Source of the DNA: an uncultured Clostridia bacterium
GTDB lineage: Bacteria > Bacillota > Clostridia > Oscillospirales > Oscillospiraceae
Assembly (NCBI GenBank): GCA_945830595.1
Contig: CALZZH010000001.1
Span: forward strand, 1-38,034
Length of the DNA: 38,034 nucleotides
Reading direction: 5' to 3'
The translations under genes were made by a program, and so were the position numbers. Below the pieces are notes generated by a model. That model made no database searches. It was not told where the DNA came from and saw only the letters and a list, made by a program, of their open reading frames with translations. Positions 26,380 through 35,381 of the stretch are shown piece after piece; the stretch's first letter is position 1; each line of letters opens with the position of its first letter.

Positions 26380-26466
26380 TTTTTTGTTTTCAGAGAATAT
26401 GTTGACCGAACTTAGGAAAATTTCTCCCTGCGCCATGTCAGGGCGGGGAAAGGAGCCTTTTCAAAT

Positions 26467-27849
26467 ATGAAACAGTCCCATGAGATTGACATGACCAATG
26501 GTCCGATTTTCAAAAAAGTTTTCATGTTTTCCCTGCCCTTGCTGCTGACCGGTGTTCTGCAGCTGCTGTTTAATGCAGCCGACGTCATAGTCGTTGGGAA
26601 ATTTGCCGGCAGTCTCGCTTTAGCCGCGGTCGGTTCCAATGGCTCTTTGATCAATCTGCTGGTGAATCTGTTCATCGGAATCTCCACAGGAGTAAATGTA
26701 TTGGCTGCCCGTTTCTATGGAGGACGTGACCGCAAGGAGATGTTCCGGTGTGTGCACTGCTCCATGGCCCTTAGCCTTGTTCTCGGCATTTTTGTTGGAT
26801 TTTTGGGTTTTTTCCTCTCAACGCCCATGCTGCGCCTGATGCGGGCCGATCCGGAAGTTCTGCCGCTGGCTTCTCTCTATCTCCGGATCTACTTTCTGGG
26901 CGTGCCCGCCACAGTTGTTTATAATTTCGGCGCCGCGATTCTCCGCGCTGTAGGCGACACTGAACGCCCTTTGCAGTTTTTGGTGATCTCCGGCGCGGCC
27001 AATGTCATTCTGAACTTAATCTCCGTCATCGGCCTTCACCTGAGTGTGGCCGGCGTTGCCATTGCCACGGTGGTATCCCAATACATTGCCGCAGCCCTGG
27101 TGATCAAATGCCTGCTTCACTCAGAGGGAAGTTATCGCCTGGAACTGCGCAAGCTGCGTTTCTTCAAAGATATGCTTCTGTGGATTTTACAGCTGGGTGT
27201 CCCCGCCGGCCTGCAAAACAGCATCTTCTCGATCTCCAACGTGATTATTCAGAGTGCTATCAATTCCTTCGGCTATGTTACCATGGCGGCAAATTCCGCC
27301 GCCGGCAATGTGGACGGTTTTATCTCTATTGCCATTAACTCCGTTTTTCATGCGTCTTTGTGTTTCACCAGTCAGAATATCGGCGCCAAAAAATACGATC
27401 GCCTGGGCCGCGTCCTCTCCAGCTGTATCATCCTGGTACTGCTTTTCAGCGTTACCATGTCGGGCTTGGTCTATCTTTTTGGCCCGCAGCTTCTTTCACT
27501 CTATGTTTCCAGTGCCGACGCAGACCGGGATGCTGTGATCGCCCTCGGTATGATTCGTCTGACTTATGTGGGACTCCCCTACTTCCTGTGCGGCCTGATG
27601 GAAGTTGCCTCCGGCACACTCCGCGGTATGGGAAAATCCTGGCTGCCGCTGATCATTTCCACCGTCGGAATCTGCGTTTTTCGGATGATCTGGATCTTCA
27701 CGGTGTTTTCTGCCTATCCCACGCTGCAGATTCTCTACCTCTCTTACCCCATCAGTTGGATTATTACACCGACCGCTCTTTTTACAGCCCTATACTTGGT
27801 ACGCAGGAATTTCATCCAGGCTGCTCCTGTGCAGAACGTCAGGCACTAG
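26467..27849 (+). CDS. MATE-family efflux transporter
   Basis: 460 aa, 12-TM pattern. N-terminus GPIFKKVFMFSLPLLLTGVLQLLFNAADVIVVGKFAGSLALAAVG is typical of the MATE/NorM family. Confidence 0.9.
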   Translation: MKQSHEIDMTNGPIFKKVFMFSLPLLLTGVLQLLFNAADVIVVGKFAGSLALAAVGSNGSLINLLVNLFIGISTGVNVLAARFYGGRDRKEMFRCVHCSMALSLVLGIFVGFLGFFLSTPMLRLMRADPEVLPLASLYLRIYFLGVPATVVYNFGAAILRAVGDTERPLQFLVISGAANVILNLISVIGLHLSVAGVAIATVVSQYIAAALVIKCLLHSEGSYRLELRKLRFFKDMLLWILQLGVPAGLQNSIFSISNVIIQSAINSFGYVTMAANSAAGNVDGFISIAINSVFHASLCFTSQNIGAKKYDRLGRVLSSCIILVLLFSVTMSGLVYLFGPQLLSLYVSSADADRDAVIALGMIRLTYVGLPYFLCGLMEVASGTLRGMGKSWLPLIISTVGICVFRMIWIFTVFSAYPTLQILYLSYPISWIITPTALFTALYLVRRNFIQAAPVQNVRH

Positions 27850-28259
27850 TTTTTCTGATAGGCCAGATAGGCTTCCAGAATCAACGAAGCTGCTACCGCA
27901 TCCACAGTATTCTTCCGCTTCTTGCCGCGCACGTTGTTCTGCGACAAAATGCGGTGCGCGTCTACGGTCGTTCTTCTCTCGTCCCATAAAACCGGCTTCA
28001 GTCCGGTCTGATGTTCCAACATCTGCGCAAACTCTCGGTACAGCGCTGCCCGCGGTCCTTCTGTGCCGTCCATATTTTTGGGAAAGCCCATGACCAGCTG
28101 GGTTACCTGATGCTCTTGGATCAGTTTCTGCACGGCATCGCAGACTTTTTCCGGTGTGTAGGCATGAATCACCGTGGTAAAACCGGTCAGCATCCCCAGC
28201 GAGTCGGATATCGCAATGCCGGTTCGGGCATCTCCATAATCGATTGCCATTATTTTCAT
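27846..28259 (-). CDS. ruvX: Holliday-junction resolvase-like nuclease RuvX/YqgF
   Basis: 137 aa. MKIMAIDYGDARTGIAISD...LVMGFPKNMDGTEGPRA...DERRTT...VDAVAASLILEAYL. Confidence 0.9.
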   Translation of the reverse strand: MKIMAIDYGDARTGIAISDSLGMLTGFTTVIHAYTPEKVCDAVQKLIQEHQVTQLVMGFPKNMDGTEGPRAALYREFAQMLEHQTGLKPVLWDERRTTVDAHRILSQNNVRGKKRKNTVDAVAASLILEAYLAYQKN

Positions 28260-28346
28260 ATTATCTCTCCTGCAATAAATTTTGTTTATTGTATCATAGG
28301 CCGAAATAAATTTGCAAAATAATTTTGAAAAATGCGAAAATAGTTG

Positions 28347-28375
28347 TTGACCCCGCCAAGAAGGTATGTTAGAAT
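28347..28375 (+). promoter_or_regulatory. sigma-A promoter of rpmG-secE-nusG
   Basis: TTGACC (28347-28352), 17 nt, TAGAAT (28370-28375), with a TGn extended -10. Confidence 0.7.
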
Positions 28376-28510
28376 ATCACTACCTGTGAAAAAGGGGCTA
28401 TTTTTTTGCGCCTTTTTCTTCCGTGGATGGATGCCAGGTAGTTTCGGCATTCGCTAAATTTTATCATAGCCACGGCCATGCAGGGAGGCAATTTTAAGGA
28501 GGTGCCGATC

Positions 28511-28660
28511 ATGCGCGTGAAAGTCACTTTGAGATGCTCTGAGTGCAAGCAGAGAAACTACAACACCATGAAGAACAAGAAGAACGACCCTGACCGTCTC
28601 GAGATGAAGAAGTATTGCAGATTCTGCAAGAAGCACACTGTCCACAACGAGACGAAGTAA
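28511..28660 (+). CDS. rpmG: 50S ribosomal protein L33 (Cys-containing zinc-ribbon form)
   Basis: ORF 28478..28660 trimmed to ATG 28511 (AAGGAGG upstream). [49 protein letters not shown]. Confidence 0.95.
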   Translation: MRVKVTLRCSECKQRNYNTMKNKKNDPDRLEMKKYCRFCKKHTVHNETK

Positions 28661-28699
28661 AGCATTGAGGTCTATTTCGATGCAGAAAGGGTGAACAAC

Positions 28700-28933
28700 A
28701 TGGCAGAAGCCAAAAAGGAAAACTTTTTTGTTCGTACCGGCAAACGAATCAGCCGCTGGTTCCGCGAAATGAAGAGCGAACTGAAGAAAGTTGTTTGGCC
28801 GAGCAAAAGCCAGATGGTCAACAATACGCTGGTCGTTCTCGCCTGCGTGCTGGTCGTCGGTGTTTTCATCTGGGTCTTTGACGCCGTTGCAGGTCTTGTG
28901 GTGAATGGTCTAATCACCCTGATCACAGGCTAG
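28700..28933 (+). CDS. secE: preprotein translocase subunit SecE
   Basis: MAEAKKENFFVRTGKRISRWFREMKSELKKVVWPSKSQMVNNTLVVLACVLVVGVFIWVFD. Single TM. Position between rpmG and nusG. Confidence 0.9.
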   Translation: MAEAKKENFFVRTGKRISRWFREMKSELKKVVWPSKSQMVNNTLVVLACVLVVGVFIWVFDAVAGLVVNGLITLITG

Positions 28934-28941
28934 GAGTCACC

Positions 28942-29466
28942 ATGGCAGACGCAGCAAAGTGGTATGTGGTCCACACATATTCCGGCTATGAAAACACAGT
29001 AAAGGCTACCATTGAAAAGACAGTTGAGACCAGACATCTGCAGGATCTGATCCACATCGTCTCCATCCCCATGGAAACCGTCACAGAGTTAACGGACAAC
29101 GGGCCCAAAACCTACGAGCGCAAGGTATTCCCCGGTTATGTACTGGTGAAAATGATCATGACTGACGAGGCTTGGTATGTGATCAAGAATGTCCGCGGCG
29201 TCACCGGTTTTGTCGGTTCCGGCACCAAGCCAACTCCTCTGACGGAGGAGGAAGTGCTGCAGTTGGGTGTGGAAAAGCACGAGATTGTGGTCAGCTACGA
29301 TGTGGGAGACTCTGTAAAGATTACAGACGGCCCTCTGACTTCTTTCATTGGTATTGTCGATGCGCTGGATATCGACAAAAACAAGGTCCGCGTTATTGTT
29401 TCCATGTTCGGACGCGAGACGCCTGTCGAGCTGGAGCTTGACCAGGTGGAAACCGTTAATCCGTAA
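28942..29466 (+). CDS. nusG: transcription termination/antitermination factor NusG
   Basis: 174 aa. KWYVVHTYSGYENTVKATIE...KVFPGYVLVKM...VRGVTGFVG..., plus a KOW region GDSVKITDGPLTSFIGIV. Confidence 0.95.
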   Translation: MADAAKWYVVHTYSGYENTVKATIEKTVETRHLQDLIHIVSIPMETVTELTDNGPKTYERKVFPGYVLVKMIMTDEAWYVIKNVRGVTGFVGSGTKPTPLTEEEVLQLGVEKHEIVVSYDVGDSVKITDGPLTSFIGIVDALDIDKNKVRVIVSMFGRETPVELELDQVETVNP

Positions 29467-29562
29467 CGTACCGGCGAAAGCCGTTCAGAACGTGGGAGGG
29501 GCATTTTGTCCCGCCAAAAATACGCTTTGCGTATCACCACATTTTTTCAGGAGGTGCTTATC

Positions 29563-29991
29563 ATGGCACAGAAAGTAACAGGTTATATCAAACTGCAGAT
29601 TCCCGCAGCCAAGGCTACCGCTTCCCCCCCTGTGGGCCCCGCCCTCGGCCAGCACGGCGTGAATATCGCGCAGTTTATCAAGGAATTCAACGAGCGCACC
29701 AAGGATCAGGCTGGTTTTAAGATCCCCGTGGTGATCACGGTCTATGCCGACCGCAGCTTCACCTTCGTTACCAAGACTCCCCCTACGGCCACTCTGATTC
29801 TCAAGACTTTGGGCATTGAGAGCGGTTCCGGTGTTCCCAATAAGACCAAGGTCGCTACCATCAGCCAGGCTCAGCTGCGTGAAATTGCTGAGAAGAAGAT
29901 GCCCGATCTGACCGCCGCCACCATTGAGGCTGCCATGTCTCAGATCGCCGGTACCTGCCGCAGCATGGGCGTCGTTGTCGCCGATAACTAA
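29563..29991 (+). CDS. rplK: 50S ribosomal protein L11
   Basis: ORF 29506..29991 trimmed to ATG 29563 (AGGAGG upstream). [43 protein letters not shown]. Confidence 0.95.
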   Translation: MAQKVTGYIKLQIPAAKATASPPVGPALGQHGVNIAQFIKEFNERTKDQAGFKIPVVITVYADRSFTFVTKTPPTATLILKTLGIESGSGVPNKTKVATISQAQLREIAEKKMPDLTAATIEAAMSQIAGTCRSMGVVVADN

Positions 29992-30078
29992 TTGCTTGAC
30001 CGAGGATTCCCGGCACCAGGCCGGGCCTCATAAATCGTGGGAGGATTATTCCGAATCACCACTAAGGAGGATATTACA

Positions 30079-30768
30079 TTGTTCAGAGGTAAGAAATATA
30101 AAGACAGCACAAAGCTGATCGACCGCAGTGTCCAGTATGACGTGGCCGACGCCATGGCCCTGGTTGTAAAGACTGCCCCCGCCAAATTTGACGAGACTGT
30201 TGAAATTCACATCAAGCTGGGCGTTGACTCCCGTCACGCTGATCAGCAGGTCCGCGGCGCTATCGTTCTGCCCAACGGCACTGGTAAAACCCGCAAGGTC
30301 CTGGTTTTCGCCAAGGACGCCAAGCTGGATGAAGCCAAGGCTGCTGGCGCTGACTATGCCGGCGGTATGGAACTGGTGGAAAAGATCACCAAGGAAAACT
30401 GGTTTGATTTTGACGTTGTCGTTGCCACGCCCGATATGATGGGTATTGTTGGCCGTCTTGGTAAGGTTCTGGGCCCCAAGGGCCTGATGCCCTCCCCCAA
30501 GGCCGGCACTGTGACTCCCAACGTCACCGCTGCTGTTCACGAAATCAAAGCCGGTAAGATTGAGTACCGTCTCGACAAGACCAACATCATCCACTGCCCC
30601 ATCGGCAAGGTTTCCTTTGGTCCCGAAAAGCTGCAGGAGAACTTCGAAACGCTTCTGGGCGCTGTCATAAAGGCCAAGCCCGCCGCTGCCAAGGGCCAGT
30701 ATATCAGAAGCTGCGTTATCGCCTCCACCATGGGCCCTGGCATCAAAGTCAGCACCGCAAAGTTCTGA
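30079..30768 (+). CDS. rplA: 50S ribosomal protein L1
   Basis: ORF 30037..30768. There is no ATG near the conserved N-terminus. TTG 30079 lies 7 nt after AAGGAGGA and gives (M)[28 protein letters not shown]...[12 protein letters not shown]...[13 protein letters not shown]. Confidence 0.9.
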   Translation: MFRGKKYKDSTKLIDRSVQYDVADAMALVVKTAPAKFDETVEIHIKLGVDSRHADQQVRGAIVLPNGTGKTRKVLVFAKDAKLDEAKAAGADYAGGMELVEKITKENWFDFDVVVATPDMMGIVGRLGKVLGPKGLMPSPKAGTVTPNVTAAVHEIKAGKIEYRLDKTNIIHCPIGKVSFGPEKLQENFETLLGAVIKAKPAAAKGQYIRSCVIASTMGPGIKVSTAKF

Positions 30769-30782
30769 TTTAAAAAAAGTTC

Positions 30783-30811
30783 TTGACATTTGTCGCGGAA
30801 CTTGATATAGT
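30783..30811 (+). promoter_or_regulatory. sigma-A promoter of rplJ-rplL
   Basis: TTGACA (30783-30788), 17 nt, TATAGT (30806-30811). Confidence 0.75.
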
Positions 30812-30952
30812 ATTCTGGCTGCCAAAGACAGCAGGAGGTTTTCCGTAAAGGGCTCTGCCCTTCCTGCCGAGGTTTCGCGAAATGACAAGCATTTTGTGTC
30901 CTCATGTCTTTTTGGCATGAGGACTTTTATTATACTCGGAGGTGACACAATC
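30812..30952 (+). promoter_or_regulatory. ribosomal protein L10 leader with attenuator hairpin
   Basis: This is a leader of about 140 nt between the promoter and the rplJ ATG. It ends in gtcctcatg-N9-catgaggac (30898-30924) followed by TTTTATT, just before the rplJ SD. Position and architecture fit the Firmicute L10(L12)4-responsive leader. I did not align it to a covariance model. Confidence 0.6.
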
Positions 30953-31480
30953 ATGCCCAACGCAAAGGTTTTGGAAAGCAAAAAGGCAACTGTGGACGCC
31001 CTTGCCGAAAAGCTGCAGAACGCTACTGCCGCCGTCTTCGTGGATTACAAGGGTATCAACGTGGCGCAGGATACTGAGCTCCGCAGCCAGTTCCGTGCCG
31101 CCGGAGTCGAGTACGCCGTTGTGAAGAACACGCTGACCCGCTTTGCCGCCAATAAGGCCGGCTACAGCGAGTTCGACGAACTGCTCAATGGTACGACTTC
31201 CATGGCTTGCACCACCGGCGACCCCATTGCCCCTGCCCGTATCGTCAGCGAGTTCGCAAAGAAGAACAAGGACGTCGTGAAGATCAAGGGCGGCATGGTC
31301 GAAGGCAAGGTCCTGACCATCGATGAACTGAAGGCTTTCGGCGAGCTGCCTTCCAAGGACGCTCTCATCGCTCAGGTTCTGGGTACTTTCCTGGCTCCCA
31401 TCACCAGTCTGGCTTTCGTTCTGGATCAGATCTGCCAGGCCAAGGGTGGCGCTCCTGCAGAAGAAGCTGCAGAAGCCTAA
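30953..31480 (+). CDS. rplJ: 50S ribosomal protein L10
   Basis: ORF 30896..31480 trimmed to ATG 30953 (GGAGGTG upstream). MPNAKVLESKKATVDALAEKLQNATAAVFVDYKGINVAQDTELR. Confidence 0.95.
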   Translation: MPNAKVLESKKATVDALAEKLQNATAAVFVDYKGINVAQDTELRSQFRAAGVEYAVVKNTLTRFAANKAGYSEFDELLNGTTSMACTTGDPIAPARIVSEFAKKNKDVVKIKGGMVEGKVLTIDELKAFGELPSKDALIAQVLGTFLAPITSLAFVLDQICQAKGGAPAEEAAEA

Positions 31481-31520
31481 TTCATTGAACATTTATTACG
31501 ATATTTGGAGGTAATTTACA

Positions 31521-31895
31521 ATGGCATCCGAAAAGATTACTGCTCTCGTTGAAGAAGTCAAGACCCTGTCCGTTCTGGAGCTGGCCGAGCTGGTTCACAC
31601 TCTGGAAGAAGTGTTCGGTGTTTCCGCCGCTGCCGCCGCTGTTGCTGCTCCTGCCGCTGGCGCCGCTGCCGCTGAAGAAGAAAAGACCGAGTTCGACGTC
31701 GTCCTGAAGGCCGCTGGCGCCAACAAGATCGCCGTCATCAAGGTTGTCCGTGCTGTCACTGGCCTGGGCCTGAAGGAAGCCAAGGAGATCGTTGACAACG
31801 CTCCCAAGGCTCTGAAGGAAGGCATCTCCAAGGAAGACGCCGAGAAGCTGGCCGAGGATCTGAAGGCCGCTGGCGCCGAGGTCGAAGTGAAGTAA
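31521..31895 (+). CDS. rplL: 50S ribosomal protein L7/L12
   Basis: 124 aa. [38 protein letters not shown]...[24 protein letters not shown]. Confidence 0.95.
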   Translation: MASEKITALVEEVKTLSVLELAELVHTLEEVFGVSAAAAAVAAPAAGAAAAEEEKTEFDVVLKAAGANKIAVIKVVRAVTGLGLKEAKEIVDNAPKALKEGISKEDAEKLAEDLKAAGAEVEVK

Positions 31896-31923
31896 TTTCC
31901 TTCTTTCCTGCTCTGTCATCCAT

Positions 31924-31961
31924 AAAAACCCGTCATGACACTGGTCATGGCGGGTTTTTTA
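31924..31961. terminator. bidirectional intrinsic terminator
   Basis: aaaaacccgtcatgac-actg-gtcatggcgggttttttat: an 11-bp stem with one G-U pair, flanked by an A-run and a T-run. It lies between the rplL stop and the stop of the convergent GNAT gene. Confidence 0.85.
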
Positions 31962-31984
31962 TGCATTGCGCTATTCTTTTAAGA

Positions 31985-32488
31985 TCAATTCCCCTGTTTC
32001 CGTTCAAAGATCATTCTGCACTCCGTGTTGGGGGCTCCAAGGGAGATCTGCTGCTCCGTTCCATCGAAATGAAAGCCATATCTTTCATAGAAGCGAACCG
32101 CTTTGTCGTTTCCTTTCAGCACCCAAACGGCAATCCTGGAATAGTCTGCAAGCTGCTCAACCGCAGCATTCATCAGTGCAAACCCTACCTGTCTGCCGTG
32201 GTATTCCTGCAGAACATAGATTGCATAGATTTCACCACATTGGAGAAGCGCTTGATCCCGGTACGCGCCATAGGCCACGAAACCGACCACTTTACCGCCT
32301 GCTTTGGCCACAAGAATGTTGTCCTGCCATCGATGTGCAATTTCTCTGCAGGTTTCGAGGGTAAGCTTTTTCAGATACGCCGCATCCACAAGGCCGTCAT
32401 AGGTCTCTTGCCAGGACTGATAATGGGCATAAGCTTTGCCGTCAATCTCTTCCTCCGTTTTCATCGGTGAAATTGCCAGATTGTTCAT
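31985..32488 (-). CDS. GNAT-family N-acetyltransferase
   Basis: 167 aa. ...GEIYAIYVLQEYHGRQVGFALMNAAVEQL...RFYERYGFHF. It is the last gene of the esterase/ATP-grasp operon. Confidence 0.8.
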   Translation of the reverse strand: MNNLAISPMKTEEEIDGKAYAHYQSWQETYDGLVDAAYLKKLTLETCREIAHRWQDNILVAKAGGKVVGFVAYGAYRDQALLQCGEIYAIYVLQEYHGRQVGFALMNAAVEQLADYSRIAVWVLKGNDKAVRFYERYGFHFDGTEQQISLGAPNTECRMIFERKQGN

Positions 32489-32512
32489 CTTGAGTTCCTG
32501 CCTGCAGAAAGC

Positions 32513-33709
32513 TTACGATTTCACCGCCAGCAGATCAGCATAGTAGGCCTGCATAGCCTCTTCCGTATCGAAATTGGCCACATACATCTGGTTGGCCATG
32601 GCGCCGGAAAGAGCGTCGGGAATACGGCCATGCATCTTTATGTTGGGACCATACTTTGCCATAATGGCATTGTGATCCATGACAAAGTCCATCCCATCCC
32701 GGCGGCCGCAGAAAGCACAGAAATGATGATTCCGGTCCGTCGGCACGGTGCTCTTGTCAAAGGCCACCATATCCGCCCAGATCTTATACACATTGGTTTC
32801 ATTGGCAAAGTCAAACAAGTCGGGCGTATAACCACCGGCAGGCCGCATATTGACCTCCAGGCCAATGATATCGCCTTTTTTGCCCAACCCTTCCTGGTCA
32901 CAGTTGAGAACAAAGTACTCCAAATGGACAAACCGGCTCTTGACTTCAAATGCTTTGACAGTTCTGCGGCCGATTTCCCGTACTTCTTCCGGCAGGTCCT
33001 TCACAATGTAGTAAATCGAATTGCCGTTGGTGTTGACAATATCCATAATAGATTCCGGCGTTACATTGCCGCTCTCAAAAAGCGGCTCACCCTTGGAGTC
33101 AATGATGGCGTCATAGGTCCGAACATAGCCGTTGACAAACTCCTCCATAATATAGACATTGTCATCCTTGGTGTCAAAGAAGAACTGCAATTCATCGTCA
33201 TTCTGAAGCCGGTAGGTGTTGTTGGCACCTACACCATTGTCAGGCTTGACAATGACAGGATACCCCACTTCATGCGCAAAGGCACTGGCGCCGGTAAAAT
33301 CGTCCACAATATAGTATCTGGCAGTTTTCAATCCGGCTTTTGCATAATATTCCTTCATACCGGATTTGAATTTAATCCGGTCCATATCCTCGTTTTTGAA
33401 GCCGGTGGTGATATTGAATTCCGTCCGCAGGGCCGCATCCCGCATCAGCCAATATTCATTGTTGGATTCCAGCCAGTCGATCTTTCCGTATTTATAGGTA
33501 AAGAACGCCACCGCCTTAAAAACTTCCTCATAATTCTCTAAGCTGGAAACCCTATAGTATTCATGCAGGGACTCCCTGAGCTCCTGGCGAAGCTCCGGAT
33601 AGGGACAATCTCCGATTCCCAGTACTCGCATTCCGTTCTTTTTCAATTCGCGGCAAAACAGCCAATAGGTTTCCGGAAAGTTGGGGGACAGAAAAATAAA
33701 GTTTTTCAT
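32513..33709 (-). CDS. ATP-grasp domain ligase (carboxylate-amine/thiol ligase superfamily), substrate unknown
   Basis: 398 aa. ...KSGMKEYYAKAGLKTARYYIV...VGYPVIVKPDNGVGANNTYRL...IMEEFVNG...GLEVNMRPAGGY. AAGGAG lies 9 nt upstream of the ATG. Confidence 0.8.
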   Translation of the reverse strand: MKNFIFLSPNFPETYWLFCRELKKNGMRVLGIGDCPYPELRQELRESLHEYYRVSSLENYEEVFKAVAFFTYKYGKIDWLESNNEYWLMRDAALRTEFNITTGFKNEDMDRIKFKSGMKEYYAKAGLKTARYYIVDDFTGASAFAHEVGYPVIVKPDNGVGANNTYRLQNDDELQFFFDTKDDNVYIMEEFVNGYVRTYDAIIDSKGEPLFESGNVTPESIMDIVNTNGNSIYYIVKDLPEEVREIGRRTVKAFEVKSRFVHLEYFVLNCDQEGLGKKGDIIGLEVNMRPAGGYTPDLFDFANETNVYKIWADMVAFDKSTVPTDRNHHFCAFCGRRDGMDFVMDHNAIMAKYGPNIKMHGRIPDALSGAMANQMYVANFDTEEAMQAYYADLLAVKS

Positions 33710-33730
33710 AATGCTCTGCTCCTTTCTCTC

Positions 33731-34480
33731 TTATAAAAAGCTGGGTACATAATATTCCACTTGTTTATACCACCATGTCCAGTCATGGTTGACATCATAG
33801 CCCCAAAAATCCACCTGGGCCTGGATTCCCTTTTGCTCCAAAACGTGCTTCAAATGGCCGGTGCTGGCCTTGAGTTCGTCCTCCCAAGCACCCTGCCCAA
33901 CGCAAAATACCATTCTGCGTTGGTTGTACATGGAAATATAAGGATGATCCTCCGGCATATTTTCAAGATACCGGCAAGGCGTGTTCTGGTACAGCACATC
34001 ATCCATGTAGCTGCCGAAAAACATCTCAGAGTCGTATGCGCCGGACAAAGCCAAAACAGACCCGAATAAATCCGGCCGGCGGAAGAACAAATTCGCTGCA
34101 TGCATGGCGCCCATGGACGCTCCAAAGGTCATGATCGGCTGATCACAGGAAGTTCGCTGACCATTGAGATGCTTTATGTACGGCACCAGCTCGTCCACAA
34201 TGTAGTGATACCACTGTTCATGGCGCCGGACACGCCAGTAAGGATCCCCATTGGGATTGGCATAGGTTTCTCCGTCGATGACATCACAGGAATACACTGT
34301 GACCTGACCACACTCGATCCATTGCGCCCAGTGGTCAACCATTTTAAAGTTCTCAAAGTCATAGAACCGCCCTGCCTGGCAGGGAATAAACAAAACCGGC
34401 TTTCCGCCATGTCCATAGGCTTTGAATTCCATGTCCCGGCCCAGACAGCCACTGTAATGCTTAAAATAACGAATCTCCAT
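33731..34480 (-). CDS. esterase-family alpha/beta hydrolase (esterase D / enterochelin-esterase-like)
   Basis: ORF 33731..34597 trimmed to ATG 34480 (GGGAGAGAG upstream). Nucleophile elbow FGASMGAMHA (GxSxG). C-terminal ...DVNHDW... Confidence 0.8.
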   Translation of the reverse strand: MEIRYFKHYSGCLGRDMEFKAYGHGGKPVLFIPCQAGRFYDFENFKMVDHWAQWIECGQVTVYSCDVIDGETYANPNGDPYWRVRRHEQWYHYIVDELVPYIKHLNGQRTSCDQPIMTFGASMGAMHAANLFFRRPDLFGSVLALSGAYDSEMFFGSYMDDVLYQNTPCRYLENMPEDHPYISMYNQRRMVFCVGQGAWEDELKASTGHLKHVLEQKGIQAQVDFWGYDVNHDWTWWYKQVEYYVPSFL

Positions 34481-34499
34481 CTTTCTCTCTCCCTTCGCG

Positions 34500-35255
34500 T
34501 TACAGCCCCAGGCAATCCATGAAGACGGGAATCTGCTGCTCCCAGGATGCCTCACTGTGTGTGCCGCCCGGCACAATCCGAAATGCCAGATTGACACGTT
34601 TGGTCAGCAGCAGATGTGCCATGGAAATCAAAGCCTCCGCGCTGGCAACATGGTTGAAAATTTCTTCGCTGCCATAGTCCATGTAGATGCAGGTATCATT
34701 GCGGATATCTGCCCTGGCTACCATTTCAATCACCTTGCCCGGTGAAATCCAAAGACTCGGCGACAGGCAGGCTGCGCGCTGAAAAACATGATTATAGGTT
34801 GTGGCACCGTACAGCGCCATCAGGCCGCCCATGGAAGAGCCACAGAGAATGGTATGCTCCCGGTCCGGCATGGTGCGATATTTCGCATCGATTTCCGGCT
34901 TCAGCGTATCTACCAGCCAATCCATATAGAGCTTTCCCTTTCCCTGAATCCGTCCCAGGGTGGAATTGGCAAAACTGAACGGAGCATATTCCATGAGCCG
35001 TCCGTTCCCCTCGTGATTACACTCCACAGCCACAATAATCAGTGCTTTCCTGGTCCAGGACAGGTAGCTGTTCATTCCCCAGGATTTCCCATAAGTAGCG
35101 TCGGAATCAAAAAACACGTTGTGACCATCAAACATATACATAACCGGAAATCTGCGGCTTTCATCGTCGTCATAATAGTCCGGCAAGTAAAGATACGCCC
35201 TTCTCGGCTTCTCCCCAGTCAACGGCGGCAACGTAACATCAAAGCGGGTTACCAT
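34500..35255 (-). CDS. esterase-family alpha/beta hydrolase (second, divergent paralogue type)
   Basis: 251 aa. ...RFPVMYMFDGHNVF... Nucleophile elbow CGSSMGGLMA (GxSxG). ...GGTHSEASW. AAGGAGA RBS. Confidence 0.8.
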   Translation of the reverse strand: MVTRFDVTLPPLTGEKPRRAYLYLPDYYDDDESRRFPVMYMFDGHNVFFDSDATYGKSWGMNSYLSWTRKALIIVAVECNHEGNGRLMEYAPFSFANSTLGRIQGKGKLYMDWLVDTLKPEIDAKYRTMPDREHTILCGSSMGGLMALYGATTYNHVFQRAACLSPSLWISPGKVIEMVARADIRNDTCIYMDYGSEEIFNHVASAEALISMAHLLLTKRVNLAFRIVPGGTHSEASWEQQIPVFMDCLGL

Positions 35256-35309
35256 GTAATTGCTTTCTCCTTATACTTTGCAACTTTACATCATTAGTTG
35301 ATTTGTAAT

Positions 35310-35338
35310 ATCATACTCATATTTGAAGAAAATGTCAA
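35310..35338 (-). promoter_or_regulatory. sigma-A promoter of the esterase/ATP-grasp operon
   Basis: Minus strand: TTGACA (35338-35333), 17 nt, TATGAT (35315-35310). Confidence 0.65.
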
Positions 35339-35381
35339 TTTCGGATCTCACCAAAATCCCATAAACGGCAAGAAAAATATG

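Noticed and set aside
30046-30981. 311-aa minus-strand ORF.
   Set aside because: It is antisense to rplA and the L10 leader.
32630-33541. 303-aa plus-strand ORF.
   Set aside because: It is antisense to the ATP-grasp gene.
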